Source: an uncultured Candidatus Saccharibacteria bacterium
GTDB lineage: Bacteria; Patescibacteriota; Doudnabacteria; UBA920
DNA length: 54,551 nucleotides
Direction: 5' to 3'
NCBI GenBank assembly: GCA_964536745.1
Contig: CAZHYL010000006.1
Coordinates: forward strand, 1-54,551
Shown here: piece after piece, positions 17,862 through 27,733 of the stretch
Numbering within the stretch: the stretch's first letter is position 1
How the letters are laid out: every line of letters begins with the position of its first letter
Notes under the pieces: model-generated
Seen by the model: the letters and a program-made list of their open reading frames with translations, nothing else
Databases searched by the model: none
Told to the model about the DNA's origin: nothing
Made by a program: the position numbers and the translations under genes

Positions 17862-19043
17862 ATGGCAGAAGCATTTGATCGCTCAAAGCCTCACTTAAAT
17901 GTGGGTACCATTGGTCACGTAGACCACGGTAAAACTACTTTGACCGCTGCTATCACTACTGTTCTTGCAAAGTCTGGTAAAGCCAAAGCTAAGGCTTATG
18001 ACCAAATCGACAATGCTCCAGAAGAAAAAGCTCGTGGTATTACTATTAATACCTCTCACAGCGAATACGAATCAGACAAGCGTCACTACGCTCACGTAGA
18101 CTGTCCTGGTCACGCCGACTATATCAAAAACATGATTACCGGTGCTGCTCAAATGGATGGTGCTATCTTGGTTGTATCAGCTGCAGACGGTCCTATGCCT
18201 CAGACTCGCGAACACATCTTGCTCGCTCGTCAGGTAGGTGTACCTTCTATCGTTGTTTATATGAACAAGGTAGACCAAGTTAGTGATCCAGAATTATTGG
18301 ATCTTGTTGAAGAAGAAATTCGTGATCTTCTAAACAAATACGAATTCCCTGGAGCAGATACTCCAATCATTCGTGGTAGTGCGTTAAAGGCTCTCGAAGG
18401 AGATCCAGCTAACGAAGAAACTATCATCAAGCTTGTAGAAGCACTTGATACTTTCATCCCAGAACCAACCCGCGAAACCGATAAGCCTTTCTTGATGCCT
18501 ATCGAAGACATCTTCACAATTGAAGGTCGCGGTACTGTAGTTACTGGTCGTATCGAACGTGGTATCATCAACCTTAACGAAGAAGTAGAAATCGTTGGTA
18601 TCAAACCAACTTCTAAGACTGTTGTTACAGGTATTGAAATGTTCAACAAGCAACTCGACAAGGGTATGGCTGGCGACAACGCTGGTCTATTACTCCGTGG
18701 TGTTAAGAAAGAAGAAGTCGAACGCGGTCAAGTACTTGCGAAGACTGGTTCTATCACTCCACACACCGAGTTCGAAGCTGAAGTTTATATTCTTACCAAA
18801 GAAGAAGGCGGACGTCACACTCCATTCTTCAAGGGTTACAAGCCTCAGTTCTACGTTCGTACAACTGACGTAACTGGTGAAGTTATCTTGCCAGAAGGCC
18901 AAGAAATGGTTATGCCTGGTGACACTGTAACTATCACTGTTAAACTTATCACTCCTATTGCCTTGGAAGAAAAAGGTAAGTTCGCTATCCGTGAGGGTGG
19001 TCGCACTGTAGGTGCTGGTGTAGTTGTAAAGATAGTAAAGTAA
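17862..19043 (+). CDS. tuf: Elongation factor Tu
   Basis: [27 protein letters not shown]. Confidence 0.99.
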   Translation: MAEAFDRSKPHLNVGTIGHVDHGKTTLTAAITTVLAKSGKAKAKAYDQIDNAPEEKARGITINTSHSEYESDKRHYAHVDCPGHADYIKNMITGAAQMDGAILVVSAADGPMPQTREHILLARQVGVPSIVVYMNKVDQVSDPELLDLVEEEIRDLLNKYEFPGADTPIIRGSALKALEGDPANEETIIKLVEALDTFIPEPTRETDKPFLMPIEDIFTIEGRGTVVTGRIERGIINLNEEVEIVGIKPTSKTVVTGIEMFNKQLDKGMAGDNAGLLLRGVKKEEVERGQVLAKTGSITPHTEFEAEVYILTKEEGGRHTPFFKGYKPQFYVRTTDVTGEVILPEGQEMVMPGDTVTITVKLITPIALEEKGKFAIREGGRTVGAGVVVKIVK

Positions 19044-19059
19044 TTTACTCTCAAAAATT

Positions 19060-19089
19060 AAACTCCTCTGCGAAAGCAGGGGAGTTTTT
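19060..19089 (+). terminator. Terminator after tuf
   Basis: AAACTCCTCTGC-GAAA-GCAGGGGAGTTTTT. Confidence 0.85.
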
Positions 19090-19162
19090 GTTGTGTGGAT
19101 AAGTAATTTGTGTAATCTTTAGATTAGTCTCATACTTAAGGTAATAATTAAATCAAATAAAA

Positions 19163-19477
19163 ATGAAATTTGATAGACAATCTTTGATTGTAGGTTTAGC
19201 AATTGGTGTCATTGTCGGTGGTGCTGCCATCGGCTACATGGATGCTAACCGTCCAAAGCCTTTGTTTTCTAGTGCAGATGGGATTCCTTGTGGACCAGAT
19301 AGTTTTGATTATGTAGGGATGTACAACGCCAACGGAAACGTTAGATATTATATGTGTTTTGATGGGAATGATTTTTATTGGTCTGTAGAGAACACCTATC
19401 GTACTGAATGGTCACCAAGTCTACCGCCAAGGTCACAACCCGGATGGGTTCCTGGTAGTGCTCCATTAACAGAGTGA
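19163..19477 (+). CDS. Small membrane-anchored hypothetical protein (two Cys)
   Basis: N-terminal TM, aromatic-rich body, followed by terminator hairpins at 19501-19528 and 19537-19561. Confidence 0.65.
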   Translation: MKFDRQSLIVGLAIGVIVGGAAIGYMDANRPKPLFSSADGIPCGPDSFDYVGMYNANGNVRYYMCFDGNDFYWSVENTYRTEWSPSLPPRSQPGWVPGSAPLTE

Positions 19478-19586
19478 TAAGCTAACATTCTTAGTGAATT
19501 AAGACAGCGGGTTAACCCCCGCTGTTTTGTTAATTAAAAAAAGAGCTGGTCAGGCTCTTTTAAAAAAATACTTTTGACCGATTTGA

Positions 19587-20141
19587 TTATTCGAGCGGGG
19601 CGATGTCCCATTCTCGAATTTTCTTTTTGAGATCGTTGATTTCCGCCTTCGACCCCATACATCCGCCCTCGAACAGGCAACGGTTGGTGAACCCGACAGA
19701 CGCGAGTTTGTCTAAACCGGCGAGTGTGCGTAGATAAACGTTACGTTCAGCGTCCCGGAATTGCTTTTCGCTGATTCCGAGATCATTTTCCGTAAGTTCA
19801 TTTCTTGCAGCGGTTTTCCGAAGTTCGGAGAAGTATTGACCGAACTTGTAGAAATACTGGATTGTTCCAGCAATCTGTTCGGCATCACCAGTGTAAACGG
19901 CACCGTTCTTGAATTCGTCGTTGTACCGGCGGAAAGTCGTGGTGATGTCTACTCTCATGTCGTTCCGTCTTTCTTCGGCGCTTTTCATGCGCGGACGAGT
20001 TGCGACGCTCGTCTGCGTGTTTGCAGATCTGAGCGGGGCAGCGGCTTGGGATTTAGTAGGTTTACTCTGATTCTGAATGAACAGGTAAACCATACCAATC
20101 CCGAATACGAAAGTAACGATTGCGATCCAAAATTTGTTCAT
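19587..20141 (-). CDS. Orphan membrane-anchored hypothetical protein, GC-rich
   Basis: TAGGAGG SD before ATG 20141 (MNKFWIAIV), consensus promoter. Confidence 0.7.
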   Translation of the reverse strand: MNKFWIAIVTFVFGIGMVYLFIQNQSKPTKSQAAAPLRSANTQTSVATRPRMKSAEERRNDMRVDITTTFRRYNDEFKNGAVYTGDAEQIAGTIQYFYKFGQYFSELRKTAARNELTENDLGISEKQFRDAERNVYLRTLAGLDKLASVGFTNRCLFEGGCMGSKAEINDLKKKIREWDIAPLE

Positions 20142-20187
20142 TTGAGTCCTCCTAAAGACAGAAATAGTTTTGATTTCGATTTTAAAT

Positions 20188-20216
20188 ATTATATCATATA
20201 TTATACTTTTTGTCAA
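20188..20216 (-). promoter_or_regulatory. Consensus promoter of the 19587 orphan
   Basis: Minus strand TTGACA-17nt-TATAAT with TG extension. Confidence 0.8.
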
Positions 20217-20250
20217 TCAGAGTAAACTTAGGATTTTCTTAGATGTATAT

Positions 20251-20279
20251 TTGACATTTGTTAATAATTGGGATAAAAT
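20251..20279 (+). promoter_or_regulatory. S10 operon promoter
   Basis: TTGACA-17nt-TAAAAT. Confidence 0.8.
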
Positions 20280-20372
20280 TCTTCTAAGTTCTGCTAGCAG
20301 TTTAGCTAGCGCTTTTAGATGCTGTAAAATGGCTTAAATAAGCCAATTACAAGCATAATTGTCAACTTATTT

Positions 20373-20696
20373 ATGGAAAAGGTCGCTCACAAGCCAAAAA
20401 TTCGCATTAAGATTCGCGCATACGATCATAAATTGATCGATCAGAGCGCGAAGCAGATTGTTGATACCGCAAAGCGCACGGGTGCTATTATTTCTGGACC
20501 TGTACCCTTGCCAACAGCTAAGCGAAAATATACTGTTTTGCGTTCAACTTTTGTACACAAAGACAGTCGTGAGCAGTTCGAAATGCGCACTCATAAGCGC
20601 ATGATCGATATTCTCGAACCTACCCCTAAGACTATAGATTCACTTACGAACCTTAGCCTTCCATCCGGAGTGGATGTAGAGATCAAAATGAGTTAG
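20373..20696 (+). CDS. rpsJ: 30S ribosomal protein S10
   Basis: [28 protein letters not shown]. Confidence 0.98.
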   Translation: MEKVAHKPKIRIKIRAYDHKLIDQSAKQIVDTAKRTGAIISGPVPLPTAKRKYTVLRSTFVHKDSREQFEMRTHKRMIDILEPTPKTIDSLTNLSLPSGVDVEIKMS

Positions 20697-20806
20697 ACAG
20701 TGTGAATGAGTTCTAATCTTCCTAAAGCCTAAAAAAGCTCCAAGATTAGATAACTATTCGCCAAATACAAGCAAAGCATGGCCTTTTGGCTCAATGACTT
20801 GTTTTT

Positions 20807-20831
20807 ATGTGGTGAGTAGCCACATTTTTTT
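20807..20831 (+). terminator. Intrinsic terminator-like hairpin inside the S10 operon (rpsJ-rplC spacer)
   Basis: ATGTGG-TGAGTAG-CCACAT followed by a T-run. Confidence 0.6.
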
Positions 20832-20937
20832 ATTTCACGAAGTGAAATAACCCTTCGAAGCTTTAGCGAAGAAGGGAATTAATTAGTTAGCGATGTCCCG
20901 CCATCCGCCAGCTGGCGGAGGGACCAATCGAAACCGT

Positions 20938-21609
20938 ATGAAATTTATCGCAGGTAAAAAACTTAATATGACTCAATACTTTGCCGAAAATGGTGAAGTC
21001 ATTCCTGTAACAGTTGTTAAAGCTCCTTCTGTAGTTGTAACTCAAGTTAAAACTACTGAATCTAAAGATGGCTATAATGCTGTTCAAGTAGGTTTGAGTG
21101 CAAACGTTAAAGGGAGCAAGCATTCAAATAAAGCAAAAACTGGGCATTCAAAAAAACTTGGTAATTTCGGTTCTTTCATGGAATTCCGTGTAGAGAATCC
21201 TAGTGAATTCCAAGTTGGTCAAAAGTTAGAAGTTTCTCAATTTGAAGTCGGTGAACTCGTGAATGTTATCGGTATGATGAAAGGACGTGGTTTCGCTGGT
21301 GGTATGAAGCGTCATGGTTTCGCTGGTTTCCCAGCAAGTCACGGACACGATAAGCCTCGCAGTGTTGGTTCTATCGGACAACGTTACCCTCAACACGTTA
21401 ACAAAGGTCATAGAATGGCAGGTCATATGGGTGCTTCTCAGGTAACTGTTAAGAATTTACAAATTGTTGATGTTGACCCTAGCAAAGGATTAATCCTTAT
21501 CAAGGGAGCTGTACCTGGTAGTCCAAACGGTACTGTCCGTATTTCCACTACAGGAGTTACAAAACCTTTAGTAGCAGTTGTTGCTGAAGAGACTAAGAAG
21601 AAGAAATAA
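20938..21609 (+). CDS. rplC: 50S ribosomal protein L3
   Basis: GKKLNMTQ, KDGYNAVQVG, KGRGFAGGMKRHGF. Start set at ATG 20938. Confidence 0.97.
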   Translation: MKFIAGKKLNMTQYFAENGEVIPVTVVKAPSVVVTQVKTTESKDGYNAVQVGLSANVKGSKHSNKAKTGHSKKLGNFGSFMEFRVENPSEFQVGQKLEVSQFEVGELVNVIGMMKGRGFAGGMKRHGFAGFPASHGHDKPRSVGSIGQRYPQHVNKGHRMAGHMGASQVTVKNLQIVDVDPSKGLILIKGAVPGSPNGTVRISTTGVTKPLVAVVAEETKKKK

Positions 21610-21634
21610 GTAATCCAGTTATAATTTTTCAAAG

Positions 21635-22348
21635 ATGAAAATTGCAGTTTACAATCAAAACGCAGAACCGCAAGGTGAAATCGAAGTAAGTGAAAAGATT
21701 TTTGGTGTTAAGCCATCTCTTCATTTGCTTGCAGAAGCTGTTCGCGCTCAAGCTAACAATGCTCGCAAAGGCTTGGCTCATACCAAGACTCGTGGTGAAG
21801 TTAGTGGTGGTGGAAAAAAGCCTTGGCGTCAGAAGGGAACTGGACGCGCTCGCGCAGGATCTACTCGAAGTCCATTGTGGCGACACGGTGGTGTAACTTT
21901 CGGTCCTCGCAGTGATCGTAATTGGAGTTTAAAGATTAACAAGAAAGCAAAAGTAAAAGCTCTCTTTATGTCTTTATCCGATAAAGCTCGTGATGGAAGA
22001 TTAATAGTTGTTGAAGGTTTAAGCATGGAAGCTCCAAAGACTAAAGAATTTTTGAAGTTCATGACCGCTTTTCACGCTAAGTTAAATAACTTAGGCAAGA
22101 GACAGATGGTTGTGATGCCTAAAAAAGATGATTCAATCGTTCGCGCTTCCCGCAATCTTCCAGAAATCACTACTACACTTGCAACCAGCTTGAACGTTAC
22201 CGATATTTTGAAAGCAGACAGCATGTTAGTACTAAAAGATAGCTTGTCTGTTATCGAAAAAACTTATTTAAAAGATACTAAGAAAGTTGTAGCAAAAGCT
22301 AAGGCAGAAAAGCCAAAAGCTCCTGTTGCAAAAGCAATAGCTAAGTAA
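21635..22348 (+). CDS. rplD: 50S ribosomal protein L4 (Lys/Ala-rich C-terminal tail)
   Basis: TKTRGEVSGGGKKPWRQKGTGRARAGS. Confidence 0.97.
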   Translation: MKIAVYNQNAEPQGEIEVSEKIFGVKPSLHLLAEAVRAQANNARKGLAHTKTRGEVSGGGKKPWRQKGTGRARAGSTRSPLWRHGGVTFGPRSDRNWSLKINKKAKVKALFMSLSDKARDGRLIVVEGLSMEAPKTKEFLKFMTAFHAKLNNLGKRQMVVMPKKDDSIVRASRNLPEITTTLATSLNVTDILKADSMLVLKDSLSVIEKTYLKDTKKVVAKAKAEKPKAPVAKAIAK

Positions 22349-22358
22349 TAAAGAAGTA

Positions 22359-22766
22359 ATGGCAATTTTTTCTAAAAAAGAGAATACCGACGAAGAAGTA
22401 AAAGTACAGGATACTCCTGTAACCGATACTCCAGCTGCAGAAAATGAACCTCCAAAAATGTTGGATGTTGTTCACAGTGGTTTAACCAATAAAGGTTTAG
22501 TAGTACCACGTATTTCTGAAAAAGCTGGTTATGTTGCAAGATTTAACCAATACATCTTTACTATCTACGGTAAGCTAAACAAGATTGAAGTTAAGAAAGC
22601 TGTAGAAAAAATGTATGGTGTAAAGATCGCCAACATTAACATGGTTCAGGTACAGGGAAAGAATCGTCGCTTCCGTGCTCAACGAGGAAAGACTTCTTCA
22701 TTCAAGAAAGCTGTAATTACTTTAACTCCTGACAGCAAAAAGATTGATATCGTTGAACCTTCTTAA
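22359..22766 (+). CDS. rplW: 50S ribosomal protein L23 (acidic N-terminal extension)
   Basis: PRISEK, NKIEVKKAVEKMYGVK, FKKAVITL, position in the S10 operon. Confidence 0.93.
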   Translation: MAIFSKKENTDEEVKVQDTPVTDTPAAENEPPKMLDVVHSGLTNKGLVVPRISEKAGYVARFNQYIFTIYGKLNKIEVKKAVEKMYGVKIANINMVQVQGKNRRFRAQRGKTSSFKKAVITLTPDSKKIDIVEPS

Positions 22767-22775
22767 ATAATTGAA

Positions 22776-22840
22776 TTGTGGTCCTGAATTTATTTTAGAT
22801 TCTCTTAGGTAGAGACTTTGAAATAAGTTCGGGATTACAA
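22776..22840 (+). repeat. Long hairpin element in the rplW-rplB spacer
   Basis: 20-bp stem TTGTGGTCCTGAATTTATTT / AAATAAGTTCGGGATTACAA with four G-U pairs on the sense strand. Confidence 0.75.
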
Positions 22841-22864
22841 ACCTCGAACAAGACTCCCAAATAT

Positions 22865-23707
22865 ATGGCAGTAAAATTATACAAACCAACTTCACCAGGT
22901 CGTCGTATCCAAAGTGTTACCGATTACTCGGTTTTGTCCAAGAAGGAGAAAACTCCTAAGTCTTTGATGATTAGCAAGAATCGAACTTCTGGCCGAAACA
23001 ACACTGGTAAGATCACAGTTAGACACCGCGGTGGCGGAGCTGGAAAGAAAATTCGCGTATTGGATTTCAGCCGATTAGACCGTAAAGGAATTCCTGGAAC
23101 AGTTAAGACTGTTGAATACGATCCAACTCGTACATCATTCATCTCTCTTATCGCATACAGAGATGGGGTAAAGAGATTCATCTTAACTCCTACTGGTATG
23201 AAAGTTGGCGATAGTGTGCTGTACAGTGATACCGCTGAAATTCATCCTGGAAATCGTTTGCCTTTATCTAGTATTCCTGTTGGTAGCTTTATCCACGATG
23301 TTGAAATCATTCCAGGTCAAGGTGGTAAATTAGCTCGTAGCGCTGGAAGTTCAGTATTGCTTCAAAATATCGAAGGTGGTTATGCTTTCTTGAAACTCCC
23401 ATCTGGTGAAATCCGAAAAGTTCGTGACACCGCTTTAGCTAGTATCGGTCAGTTGTCTAATAATGATTGGATGAACGTTCGAATCGGTAAAGCTGGTCGT
23501 AGCCGTCATATGGGTTGGCGTCCACAGGTTCGTGGTAAAGTGATGAACCCTGTAGATCACCCTCACGGTGGTGGAGAAGGTAGTAACGCGATCGGTATGA
23601 AATATCCGAAGACTCCATGGGGTAAACATGCTCTTGGTGTGAAGACTCGTGATAAGAAGAAGCCATCGTCTAAGTTTATTGTTAAGCGTCGTGCTAAGAA
23701 ACGTTAA
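22865..23707 (+). CDS. rplB: 50S ribosomal protein L2
   Basis: GRNNTGKITVRHRGGG, EYDPTR, MNPVDHPHGGGEG. Confidence 0.98.
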   Translation: MAVKLYKPTSPGRRIQSVTDYSVLSKKEKTPKSLMISKNRTSGRNNTGKITVRHRGGGAGKKIRVLDFSRLDRKGIPGTVKTVEYDPTRTSFISLIAYRDGVKRFILTPTGMKVGDSVLYSDTAEIHPGNRLPLSSIPVGSFIHDVEIIPGQGGKLARSAGSSVLLQNIEGGYAFLKLPSGEIRKVRDTALASIGQLSNNDWMNVRIGKAGRSRHMGWRPQVRGKVMNPVDHPHGGGEGSNAIGMKYPKTPWGKHALGVKTRDKKKPSSKFIVKRRAKKR

Positions 23708-23718
23708 TAAATTAATTT

Positions 23719-24006
23719 ATGTCTAGAAGTTTAAAAAAAGGTCCATTTATAGATCCTCGTGTTCTCAAGAAAGTCCAAGCTGGTAAACCCGGTGATAAGA
23801 TTAAAACTTGGGCACGTGATTGCAGTATAGCCCCAGAATTCGTAGGGTTTACTTTCATGGTGCACAATGGCAAAACTCATGTTGAAGTATTTATTACAGA
23901 AAACATGGTTGGTCATAAGTTGGGTGAATTTGCTCCTACTCGTAAATTTCATGGACACGGTGGTAAGATGGCTAAAGAGCAAAAAGCTGCTGCGGCCGCT
24001 AAGTAA
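23719..24006 (+). CDS. rpsS: 30S ribosomal protein S19
   Basis: [23 protein letters not shown]. Confidence 0.98.
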   Translation: MSRSLKKGPFIDPRVLKKVQAGKPGDKIKTWARDCSIAPEFVGFTFMVHNGKTHVEVFITENMVGHKLGEFAPTRKFHGHGGKMAKEQKAAAAAK

Positions 24007-24034
24007 TAAGGAATATCTTTTCTAATCTCATTAT

Positions 24035-24607
24035 ATGGCAGATAAAACTGTACAACAGAATAAGAAACAGCTCGTGAAGGCAAGTGCTCGCAATTTGCGA
24101 ATCTCTCCTCGCAAGCTTCGCCTTGTAACAAACCTTGTGAAGAACATGCGAGTTAACGATGCTTTAGTACAACTTCAGTTCACTAACAAAAAAGGTGCTG
24201 GAATGGTTGCTAAGCTTCTGCAGTCTGCAGCGGCAAATGCAGAAAATAATTTCTCTTTGAACCGCGATGGTTTGTACATTCAAAGTATCACTTGCAATAT
24301 GGGTCCGGTTTTAATGAGATCATTCCCAAGAGCTCGCGGTAGTGCATTCATTATCCGTCGTAAAATGGCTCACGTAAATGTTGTACTAGAAGAACGAGGC
24401 GTAAAGGCAAAAGCTACTGCTCAGAAGCCGGTTGCTAAAGCTAAAAAAGCAGATAAACCTGTTCAAACCGTAGAAGGTAGTGTAGGCTTGCCAGTCGAAA
24501 AGGCTGAAAAGGTGCATAATGATTTGAAAGCTAAAGAAGAACATTTTGAAAATTTGGCTGATGCTGTAGAGCAAAAGTCACGAGACGATAAGGATCTCAA
24601 GAAATAA
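24035..24607 (+). CDS. rplV: 50S ribosomal protein L22 with long C-terminal extension
   Basis: RISPRKLRLV, SAAANAENN, PRARG, about 70 extra charged residues. Confidence 0.95.
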   Translation: MADKTVQQNKKQLVKASARNLRISPRKLRLVTNLVKNMRVNDALVQLQFTNKKGAGMVAKLLQSAAANAENNFSLNRDGLYIQSITCNMGPVLMRSFPRARGSAFIIRRKMAHVNVVLEERGVKAKATAQKPVAKAKKADKPVQTVEGSVGLPVEKAEKVHNDLKAKEEHFENLADAVEQKSRDDKDLKK

Positions 24608-24619
24608 TATTTAATTAAT

Positions 24620-25297
24620 ATGGGTCATAAGATTAATCCAACTTCATTCCGTTTAAAGATTACCGATACCTGGAAATCCAAGTGGTTTTCGAAGAGTAAT
24701 TATGTGGAGATGCTAAAAGAAGATGTTCGCATTCGTGAATATCTAGAAAAGCATTTACGCAAGGCGGGTCTTTCTAGAATCGATATCGAACGTTTGAACG
24801 ACGGAACTTTAACTATCAATATTCGTACTACTAAGCCTGGTTTAATTATCGGGAAAGGTGGCGCTGGTATCGAAGAGTTAAAGAAACGTGTAAAACAACA
24901 GCTTAAGATTAAGAGTGAATTGAAAGTTAATATCGACGAAATTCGTGATCGTGATATCAACTTACATGCACAAGTTATTGCTAACGGTATTGCTGAACAG
25001 ATTGAACGTCGTGTAGCTTTCCGAAGATTAATGAAAAAAGCTCTAGAAGATGTAATGCAGGCTGGTGCAAAAGGTGTAAAGGTTGCTATCGGTGGTCGTT
25101 TAAATGGAGCAGAAATTGCTCGAACCGAACATTTGTCTTCCGGTAAAATTCCTCTTCATACTTTGCGTGCTGATATCGACTTTGCAAGATCAACCGCACA
25201 TACCACTTATGGAACCATCGGTATTAAAGTATGGATCTATCGAGGGGATGTGTTCGAGAGTAAGCAAGCTAAGGTAGAAAAGGAACAAGTAAGTTAA
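24620..25297 (+). CDS. rpsC: 30S ribosomal protein S3
   Basis: MGHKINP, PGLIIGKGG, GRLNGAEIAR, GIKVWI. Confidence 0.98.
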   Translation: MGHKINPTSFRLKITDTWKSKWFSKSNYVEMLKEDVRIREYLEKHLRKAGLSRIDIERLNDGTLTINIRTTKPGLIIGKGGAGIEELKKRVKQQLKIKSELKVNIDEIRDRDINLHAQVIANGIAEQIERRVAFRRLMKKALEDVMQAGAKGVKVAIGGRLNGAEIARTEHLSSGKIPLHTLRADIDFARSTAHTTYGTIGIKVWIYRGDVFESKQAKVEKEQVS

Positions 25298-25318
25298 AGT
25301 AGAGTAATTAAAGATTAA

Positions 25319-25398
25319 TTTCTCCCACTCTTGAGGGGGAGCCAGAGGGGGTTGAAGAAAGGACCTCCCCCGGCCCCTCCTCATGAGGAGGGGAGAAA
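25319..25398. repeat. C/G-run cruciform element, copy 2 (rpsC-rplP spacer)
   Basis: TTCTCCCACTCTTGAGGGGGAGCCAGAGGGGG...CCTCCCCCGGCCCCTCCTCATGAGGAGGGGAGAA. Confidence 0.8.
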
Positions 25399-25408
25399 AA
25401 GAACTATT

Positions 25409-25816
25409 ATGTTAATTCCAAAAAAGGTCAAACACCGCAAACATCATCGCGGTCATAATAAGGGCAAGGCTACTAGCGGAAATTCTGTTTCTTTTGGTAA
25501 CTACGCACTAAAAGCTTTAGAGGGGCGTTTCGTAACTGCACGTCAGATTGAAGCTGCACGTCGTGCTATGACTCGTAGTGTTCAGCGTGGTGGAAAAATT
25601 TGGATTCGCATTTTCCCAGATAAACCAATTACAGATCACGGTAACGAATCTGTGATGGGTAGCGGTAAAGGTGCAGTATCTCACTTTGTGGCTGTCGTTA
25701 AAAAAGGACGTATTCTTTTCGAGATGGACGGTGTAACAGAAGCACAAGCCCGAGAAGCGATGCGCCTTGCGGCACACAAGCTTCCAGTTAAGACTAAGTT
25801 TCTTATTAGAGATTAA
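25409..25816 (+). CDS. rplP: 50S ribosomal protein L16
   Basis: [25 protein letters not shown]. The upstream in-frame extension is the cruciform element. Confidence 0.97.
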   Translation: MLIPKKVKHRKHHRGHNKGKATSGNSVSFGNYALKALEGRFVTARQIEAARRAMTRSVQRGGKIWIRIFPDKPITDHGNESVMGSGKGAVSHFVAVVKKGRILFEMDGVTEAQAREAMRLAAHKLPVKTKFLIRD

Positions 25817-25824
25817 TCAATTAT

Positions 25825-26010
25825 ATGAAGTATTCTGAATTAAGCCAAAAAACCGAAGCTGCTTTACGTAAAGAATTAGTTACTTTACAAGAAAAGCGAG
25901 AGAACCTAAAGATGAAAATCAAGTTAGGCCAGGTTAAGAATGGAAAAGAATTGTCTCTAATTCGAAAGGATATTGCAAGAATATTAACTCATTTCAGAGC
26001 TAACTTATAA
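25825..26010 (+). CDS. rpmC: 50S ribosomal protein L29
   Basis: [10 protein letters not shown], operon position. Confidence 0.92.
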   Translation: MKYSELSQKTEAALRKELVTLQEKRENLKMKIKLGQVKNGKELSLIRKDIARILTHFRANL

Positions 26011-26014
26011 ATAT

Positions 26015-26260
26015 ATGGAAAAGCAAGTAACAAAACAACAGATTACCGGCACAGTGGTGTCTAACAAAATGGATAAAACCGTTGTTGTTAAAGTCGATGT
26101 AGTAAAGCGACACCCTAAGTACCACAAAAGTTATACTAAATCTTATCGCTACAAAGCTCATGATGAAGATAACTCCTGTGAAATTGGTGATAAAGTTGTA
26201 ATTCAATCAGTTCGTCCGATGAGCCGCGATAAGCGTTTCACTGTACTTAAGAAAATATAA
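26015..26260 (+). CDS. rpsQ: 30S ribosomal protein S17
   Basis: [24 protein letters not shown]. Confidence 0.97.
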   Translation: MEKQVTKQQITGTVVSNKMDKTVVVKVDVVKRHPKYHKSYTKSYRYKAHDEDNSCEIGDKVVIQSVRPMSRDKRFTVLKKI

Positions 26261-26280
26261 TTATTTTTTAACCAACATTT

Positions 26281-26652
26281 ATGTTACAAATTAGATCTTT
26301 AATTAAAATAGCAGACAATACTGGCGCCAAGGTCGTCAATGTGTTTAGCGTGAACGGAAAAAATAAGCGCCGTTTTGCTCGCGTTGGTGATATTGTTGCG
26401 GGTTCTGTCCGCCAAGCTGCCCCAAATGGTAGTGTAAAAAAAGGTGATAAGATCTACGCAGTAATTGTTCGAACACGTAAAGAGATTCGTCGTAAAGATG
26501 GTTCTTACATTCGTTTCGATGAAAATGCTGGTGTATTAGTAGATAAAGAAAAAGGCGAACCAAAAGGTACTCGTATCTTTGGTCCTATTCCTAAAGAAGT
26601 CAGAGATGCAGGATTTTCCAAGATTGCTTCCTTGGCTCCAGAGGTAATTTAA
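26281..26652 (+). CDS. rplN: 50S ribosomal protein L14
   Basis: [26 protein letters not shown]. Confidence 0.97.
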   Translation: MLQIRSLIKIADNTGAKVVNVFSVNGKNKRRFARVGDIVAGSVRQAAPNGSVKKGDKIYAVIVRTRKEIRRKDGSYIRFDENAGVLVDKEKGEPKGTRIFGPIPKEVRDAGFSKIASLAPEVI

Positions 26653-26656
26653 TTAT

Positions 26657-26980
26657 ATGACACAAGTTAAACTGAAAATTAAGAAAGGCGATACAGTAAA
26701 GGTATTGTCCGGTAAAGATAAGGGTAAAACTGGTAAAGTTTTGCGAGTCTTTCCTAATGCCGGCAAAGTTGTTGTAGAAAATGTGAATGTTCACACTAAG
26801 TTTGAGAGAGGTCGCACTCGTCGCCAAACAGCCCAGAAGATTAGTTTCGCAGGTCCGATGAATGTTTCCAAAGTAATGCTTGTAGATCCACACTCTGGTA
26901 ATCCAACTCGAGTTGGCTATCAAATCTTAGAGGGTGGAGTGAAGCAAAGAGTCGCTAAAAAAAGTGGTAAAGCTATTTAG
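26657..26980 (+). CDS. rplX: 50S ribosomal protein L24
   Basis: KKGDTVKVLSGKDKGKTG KOW motif. Confidence 0.97.
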   Translation: MTQVKLKIKKGDTVKVLSGKDKGKTGKVLRVFPNAGKVVVENVNVHTKFERGRTRRQTAQKISFAGPMNVSKVMLVDPHSGNPTRVGYQILEGGVKQRVAKKSGKAI

Positions 26981-26985
26981 AATAT

Positions 26986-27525
26986 ATGAACCGATTACAA
27001 GAACAATTTAATAAAGAGATTGCTCCAAAGCTTAAAGAGCAATTTGGTTACAAGAATGTGATGGCTGTACCGAAGATTAAGCAGATTAACTTGAACATTG
27101 GCGTAGGCAAATACTTAAAAGATGGACGCTTTATGGAATCTATGAAAAAAGATTTCACAAAGTTAGCGGGTCAAGCTCCTGTCGAAACTAAGGCTCGTAA
27201 ATCCATTGCTGGATTTAAGATCCGTGAAGGTCAACAAGTTGGGCTTACTGTTACTCTTAGAGGTCAAAGAATGTATGAGTTTCTAGATAAGTTAATCAAT
27301 GTTGCCTTACCTCGTGTGAAAGATTTCCGTGGATTATCCCGTAAGGGGTTTGATAAGCGTGGTAACTACAACTTAGGTCTAAAAGAACAGTTAGTATTCC
27401 CAGAAATTTCCCAAGATGCGTTAGAACACATTTTTGGAATGCAAGTTACGATCGCAACAACAGCAGGTTCAGATGAACCAGCTTACGAATTATTAAAAGC
27501 AATGAAGTTTCCCTTCAAAGATTAA
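26986..27525 (+). CDS. rplE: 50S ribosomal protein L5
   Basis: NVMAVPKI, LPRVKDFRG, FPEI. Confidence 0.98.
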   Translation: MNRLQEQFNKEIAPKLKEQFGYKNVMAVPKIKQINLNIGVGKYLKDGRFMESMKKDFTKLAGQAPVETKARKSIAGFKIREGQQVGLTVTLRGQRMYEFLDKLINVALPRVKDFRGLSRKGFDKRGNYNLGLKEQLVFPEISQDALEHIFGMQVTIATTAGSDEPAYELLKAMKFPFKD

Positions 27526-27534
27526 TTAATTATT

Positions 27535-27729
27535 ATGGCTAAAAAATCTCTAATCGCAAAAGCAAATAGAAGCTTGGTAAAGCCGAAGTTCTCGACTCGA
27601 GTAATACGGCGCTGTTTTAAGTGTGGCCGAAAAGCTGGTTTTATGAGAGACTTTTCTTTATGCCGTATTTGTTTTAGAGAATTAGCTAGCCGTGGTGAAC
27701 TCCCTGGCATCGTAAAGGCTTCCTGGTAA
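27535..27729 (+). CDS. rpsN: 30S ribosomal protein S14, zinc-binding type Z
   Basis: RCFKCGR...[19 protein letters not shown]. Confidence 0.96.
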   Translation: MAKKSLIAKANRSLVKPKFSTRVIRRCFKCGRKAGFMRDFSLCRICFRELASRGELPGIVKASW

Positions 27730-27733
27730 ATAT

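Noticed and set aside
20831-20849. parS-like palindrome TATTTCAC-GAA-GTGAAATA
   Set aside because: parS (TGTTTCACGTGAAACA) has no central spacer. The 3-nt insert fits an RNA hairpin better.
20893-25408. Apparent N-terminal extensions of L3 (from 20893) and L16 (from 25331), and of S12 (from 12695)
   Set aside because: They are translations of intergenic hairpin elements. Conserved N-termini begin at 20938, 25409 and 12716.
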